From: Abditibacteriaceae bacterium
GTDB taxonomy: Bacteria; Armatimonadota; Abditibacteriia; Abditibacteriales; Abditibacteriaceae
Assembly: GCA_031372065.1 (NCBI GenBank)
Contig: JANMKN010000330.1
Span: 1-21,506 of the forward strand
DNA length: 21,506 nucleotides
Direction: 5' to 3'
Below are positions 17,759 through 21,506 of this stretch, in pieces; positions within the stretch are counted from its first letter, which is position 1, and each line of letters starts with the position of its first letter. The position numbers were made by a program, and so were the translations under genes. Below the pieces are notes generated by a model. That model did no database searches, was not told the DNA's origin, and saw only the letters and a program-made list of their open reading frames with translations.

Positions 17759-18928
17759 TTATGATTTTAATATGTTCTGCTTATTCTTAACTTTATCTAA
17801 TTTTTCAAGGACTCGTTCCAGTATGGATTCATATTCCTTTAATTCCTCAATTGGGATTTTTAATTTGTTAATCGGTTCCACCCCAAATGAGGCAAAAGGC
17901 CCTCCAACAATTTCATTCAATTCTCTCTTAAATTCTTTTAATTCTTCCAGCGGCACTTTCAATCTATAAATTGGCTCTGGTCTGAGAATTGGTGATGTGC
18001 TTACAATATAGATAGCAGGTAACTCACCTACAATGGAGATAAGTTCACTTTTGAATTCTTTCAATTTATCAAGAGGCACATTTAACCTATTAATTGGCTC
18101 TACCCCCGAAGAGAAATATGAATTCCCAACTATTGCATCTAACTCACTTTTGAATTCTTTCAATTTATCAAGAGGCACATTTAACCTATTGATTGGCTCG
18201 TTCCCTAACATCGTAGGAAATTCACCAACAATCGAATTGAGTTCATTTTTGAATTCTTTTAGCTTCTCAACAGGGACATAAGCAGAAGCCAAACCGGGTA
18301 ATTCCGTATCATCGAATTTGGAAAGTAAATCGTTCACTATTCCAAAAAACAGTTGCATAGATTCGTTCAGATCACGCAGCGATTTATCGCGCTCCGCAAT
18401 AAATGCAACTTGTTCCGCACCCGTCATTTCAATGTCAAGAAACTCCAACCGTATCCCATAGGCACGAGGCGAATTTAGCAATTGTGTGATCCGCTCTAAG
18501 TGAAAGATTTCCAAACCGGCTTTTGGAGCAATTTCAGCTAAGTTTCTCTTTAATTCAGCACGTTCGCTCACGGATATCTTTTGATCTGTAACAAAAGCTA
18601 TTCCATCAACATCATTTATCTTTATGCCTTTCGCGTCATCTCGAAATTTTTTCTTGATTTGAGCAAAAGTTTGTGGCTCCCGTGGGAAATAAGAGGCTCC
18701 AATCCACTTTTTCCTCTTATATTCACAAACCACATCCTTAACCCCATCTTTGCCGCCTAATGGATGACTGGGGTCAATAGAAGTAAAACCTGCCAATTCT
18801 AGGATTTGCCCAGCAAATCTCTCTGATTCTGCTTGTCCTTTATCCCATTGAATGAGGCGGCGGCGTGCCTCGTTACCACCGCGACTTCTAACACTCTTCA
18901 CACCAGTTTCTTTGCCTCCATATGCCAT
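17759..18928 (-). CDS. Restriction-endonuclease-like (PD-(D/E)xK fold) domain fused to five tandem helical repeats; putative defence protein
   Basis: RBS GAAGGAGAG. N-terminal SERFAGQIL..AGF..IDPSHPLGGKDGVKDVVC...FRDD...IAFVTDQ...IFHLERI resembles Mrr-like REase domains. C-terminal VPLxxLKEFKxELxxIVG..EPINRL repeats. Markedly AT-rich relative to neighbours. Confidence 0.75.
   Translation of the reverse strand: MAYGGKETGVKSVRSRGGNEARRRLIQWDKGQAESERFAGQILELAGFTSIDPSHPLGGKDGVKDVVCEYKRKKWIGASYFPREPQTFAQIKKKFRDDAKGIKINDVDGIAFVTDQKISVSERAELKRNLAEIAPKAGLEIFHLERITQLLNSPRAYGIRLEFLDIEMTGAEQVAFIAERDKSLRDLNESMQLFFGIVNDLLSKFDDTELPGLASAYVPVEKLKEFKNELNSIVGEFPTMLGNEPINRLNVPLDKLKEFKSELDAIVGNSYFSSGVEPINRLNVPLDKLKEFKSELISIVGELPAIYIVSTSPILRPEPIYRLKVPLEELKEFKRELNEIVGGPFASFGVEPINKLKIPIEELKEYESILERVLEKLDKVKNKQNILKS
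17810..18280 (-). repeat. Intragenic coding tandem repeats with periods of 99, 99, 123 and 99 bp
   Basis: 18045-18091 and 18144-18190 are identical 47-bp direct repeats. The repeat-start Val/Ile codons begin (minus strand) at 18277, 18178, 18079, 17956 and 17857. Confidence 0.92.
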
Positions 18929-18973
18929 AAACTCTCCTTCTCACCGTTGCAGATCAAGTTTTTTGTGGTAATT

Positions 18974-19981
18974 TTAGTCCAACTCACCGAGTTCAACGCG
19001 GCGTTTTTCTTTGGCACTTTTGATGGCGGCGAAGACCATCGCCAGTGATTTCAAATTGTCCTGCGCACTGCACTCCGGTTCGCGGTTTTGGTCAATGGCG
19101 GCAAAAAATTCGTCGAGCATCGCTTGTTCCGAACCCGGCACGCTAAGATGTTCAATCGGCTGGCGGTCAACTTTTTCCTTCGTGCGATGCAGATACGAAT
19201 GCCATGTTCCGGCACTGTCCCAATCAATCGAGCCGCCCGCGCCTTCGATGCGCCAATCGCCATTCCATGAGGTTTTCGAGCCAACGGCGCAGCCACAGGA
19301 AACGTGCGTAGCGTGTAGATTATTCGGAAATTCAAAGACAATGGCGTGCGCCGCATCGCCCGCGTGCCAGCCCCACGAGTGATTCCACGTTATCGCTTGC
19401 ACCGCAATGGGGTCGGCGTTTAAAACGTAGCGCATTAAATCGAAATGATGCACCATCATATCGTTGATGAGCATGAACGGCTCGGTCACGTAATGACTGC
19501 CGGGCGCATCGGCCCACGGCATATAAAAGCGCACATCGCATTGTTCGGGCGCGCCGATGATACCATCTGACAGCACTTTGCGCGTGGTGCGCGGCTGCGC
19601 GCCGAAGCGATAATTTTGCGTAATCATGTGCTTGACGCCCGCTTTGGCACCGCTTTGGGCGACACCTTTGGCAATCGAAAAATCATCGCTGAGTGGCTTT
19701 TCGCCCAAAACGTGCAAGCCATTAGCAAAGGCTTTTTCGGCAACCAAATGGTGAATTTTCGGCGGCGTCACGTCCAGCACAAAATCGGCTTCGACATGAC
19801 GCAAAGCGTCGTCCAGCGACGGAAAAATTCTGTCCGCCGCCATGCCTTTTTCGATGGCGATCAATTGATTCGCTTCGCTCGGTTCCACGCCGGCCACGAC
19901 TTCCACATCATCGCGGTTTTGCACCGCACTTAGCCAATGCCGCCCGCGCCCGCCCAAACCTGTCAAAATGCAACGCTTCAT
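18974..19981 (-). CDS. Gfo/Idh/MocA family oxidoreductase
   Basis: GLGGRG Rossmann motif, DVTPPKIH, HVLGEKPL, QNYRF, DMMVHHFD. Confidence 0.93.
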   Translation of the reverse strand: MKRCILTGLGGRGRHWLSAVQNRDDVEVVAGVEPSEANQLIAIEKGMAADRIFPSLDDALRHVEADFVLDVTPPKIHHLVAEKAFANGLHVLGEKPLSDDFSIAKGVAQSGAKAGVKHMITQNYRFGAQPRTTRKVLSDGIIGAPEQCDVRFYMPWADAPGSHYVTEPFMLINDMMVHHFDLMRYVLNADPIAVQAITWNHSWGWHAGDAAHAIVFEFPNNLHATHVSCGCAVGSKTSWNGDWRIEGAGGSIDWDSAGTWHSYLHRTKEKVDRQPIEHLSVPGSEQAMLDEFFAAIDQNREPECSAQDNLKSLAMVFAAIKSAKEKRRVELGELD

Positions 19982-20151
19982 TTTCTTTCTCCCGTTTCTA
20001 AAGTCAAAACTTCATCTTATTAAACCAAAAACGAAGCGGCGACAGCGACTGGGATGAAAAACGCCGAGAGTTCCAGCCATTTATACTCGAAGCATCGCCC
20101 TGATTTCTGGTAGGTCAATCAACACGCGAAGCCATCCAAAGTTTGAATTTT

Positions 20152-21357
20152 ATGCGCCAACGACTGCGCCTTTTGTTGCACGCTTTCGCCATCAACGGCA
20201 AAAATCTGGGCCGTTCACTGCGACAAGCGGGCTTGTGGCGAGGCGAGGCAGTGGGCGCGCCCCGTTTAGTGTTTTATGCCGTCAACGGCGTGGGTTTGGG
20301 CCATGTGATGCGGCTTTTGGGCATCGCGCGGCAAGTGCGAAAACTGCGGCCCGACGCGGAGATTTTGTTTCTCACCTCCAGCGAAGCGACGCATTTGATT
20401 TATCGCGCCGGTTTTGCCAGCGTGAAAATGCCCTCGCACAGTTTGGCGCAGGAAAAACTGCTGGATGAACACACGGTTCAGTCGTTGAATCATCACGCTG
20501 CGCAAACGGCGATTCTCGCCTTTGACCCGCATTGCCTTATCGTGGATTGCTTTCCCGCAGGCATTCAGGACGAATTGTTGCCGACGCTGCACACTTCGCT
20601 GCGCAAGGTTTTCGTGTTTCGCACGCAACGAGAAAGCGCCACGCGCCAAGCGGAATTTCAAAGGGCTTTGCGTCTTTACGATTTGATTTTAGTGCCACAC
20701 GCCGCCGGCAGCGAAAATTTGCCTTTGCCTGCGGACGTTGAAACGCTGTGGACGGGGCCGATGATGTGTCATGAAGTCACAGAAATGCTGGGTCGCGACG
20801 AGGCGCGTAGCGCACTCGGTTTGCCCGCCGATGGCTTCGTCGGCCTCATTACGTTGGGCGGCGGCGGCGAAACGGAAATGCCCGCTGCACGCCTCCACAT
20901 CGCGGCGGCTTTACAGAAAGTCAACGATGGCTCCTTGTGGGTCGAAGCTGTAGGGCCGCTGTCGCGCAAAGAAGCCATCGCGCCGTGGCGTCTTTTGCGC
21001 GAGGCGCAGCCATTGATGCTTTATTTAAACGCCTTCGATGGTGCGATTTCAGCGGCGGGCTACAACACCGTGCAAGAACTGCAATGCGCGCAGGTGCCTG
21101 CGATTTTATGGCCGTTTCCGCGCTTGCTCGACGATCAAAGCGCGCGGGTTCAGGCGTTAGCGCAATCAGGTCGCGCTTTATCCATCGGCGAAGGCGCCAC
21201 TGAGAATCGCGTTGACGAACTGGCTGCTGCCTTGCGCGCTTTGAAGGACGACCAAACGCGCGCCAACTTGCGCCGCGCGATGAGCGCCTCGCCGGAAAGC
21301 CATTGGCCCAATGGCGCTTTGCTCGGCGCGCAAGCTATTTTAAACCTGCTGGGATAA
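20152..21357 (+). CDS. GT-B glycosyltransferase (Glyco_tran_28_C / MurG-like fold, predicted)
   Basis: NGVGLGHVMR, IVDCFPAG, TLGGGG, ISAAGYNTVQE, PR..DDQ..R. The start is uncertain (20143 or 20152). Confidence 0.85.
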   Translation: MRQRLRLLLHAFAINGKNLGRSLRQAGLWRGEAVGAPRLVFYAVNGVGLGHVMRLLGIARQVRKLRPDAEILFLTSSEATHLIYRAGFASVKMPSHSLAQEKLLDEHTVQSLNHHAAQTAILAFDPHCLIVDCFPAGIQDELLPTLHTSLRKVFVFRTQRESATRQAEFQRALRLYDLILVPHAAGSENLPLPADVETLWTGPMMCHEVTEMLGRDEARSALGLPADGFVGLITLGGGGETEMPAARLHIAAALQKVNDGSLWVEAVGPLSRKEAIAPWRLLREAQPLMLYLNAFDGAISAAGYNTVQELQCAQVPAILWPFPRLLDDQSARVQALAQSGRALSIGEGATENRVDELAAALRALKDDQTRANLRRAMSASPESHWPNGALLGAQAILNLLG

Positions 21358-21506
21358 TCGAAATCGTGTCGGAAATGTGCCAGTGCGTCGCGAAGTCGCC
21401 GTTTGAGGACGCGCGCGGCGAGGCATAATGTAATCCAATGATGTTACGCAGTGGGCTTATGGTAGGCACTGGAAAGAGCAGCAAAGCTGCTCGATCCCCT
21501 CACCCG

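Noticed and set aside
18045..18199. DNA-level CRISPR or DGR template/variable repeat pair
   Set aside because: The repeats are in-frame coding units with mainly synonymous or conservative drift. There is no clear adenine-specific mutation pattern and no reverse transcriptase or cas gene in the window.
21430..21480. c-di-GMP-II riboswitch (CAATGATG...TGGGC)
   Set aside because: Lacks the GGGCAC/GTGCAACC pseudoknot and upstream GGAA elements within the visible sequence.

Overview
Bacterial chromosomal window of moderate-to-high GC from a diderm organism (TonB-dependent receptor tail, lnt, lpxD remnant). Gene content suggests Armatimonadota/Abditibacterium-like, but that is inference. The core is mostly housekeeping: FAD monooxygenase, CX5R phosphatase-like protein, PD40/Calx-beta secreted protein, PpiC foldase, eno, ftsB-like, lnt, HIT protein, Gly-rich exported protein, TIGR01777 epimerase, larE, redoxin plus cytochrome c/copper monooxygenase, Gfo/Idh/MocA oxidoreductase and a GT-B glycosyltransferase. 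Two accessory spots stand out. (1) At 2560-4182, a near-consensus promoter precedes a tandem array of quasi-palindromic 21-bp units and a gene for a cytoplasmic helical + FN3-like protein, bracketed by related GGAG-REP-like hairpins. (2) At 17378-18928, a frameshifted lpxD remnant lies next to an AT-rich gene encoding a restriction-endonuclease-like domain fused to five helical repeats separated by variable loops, a candidate defence protein.
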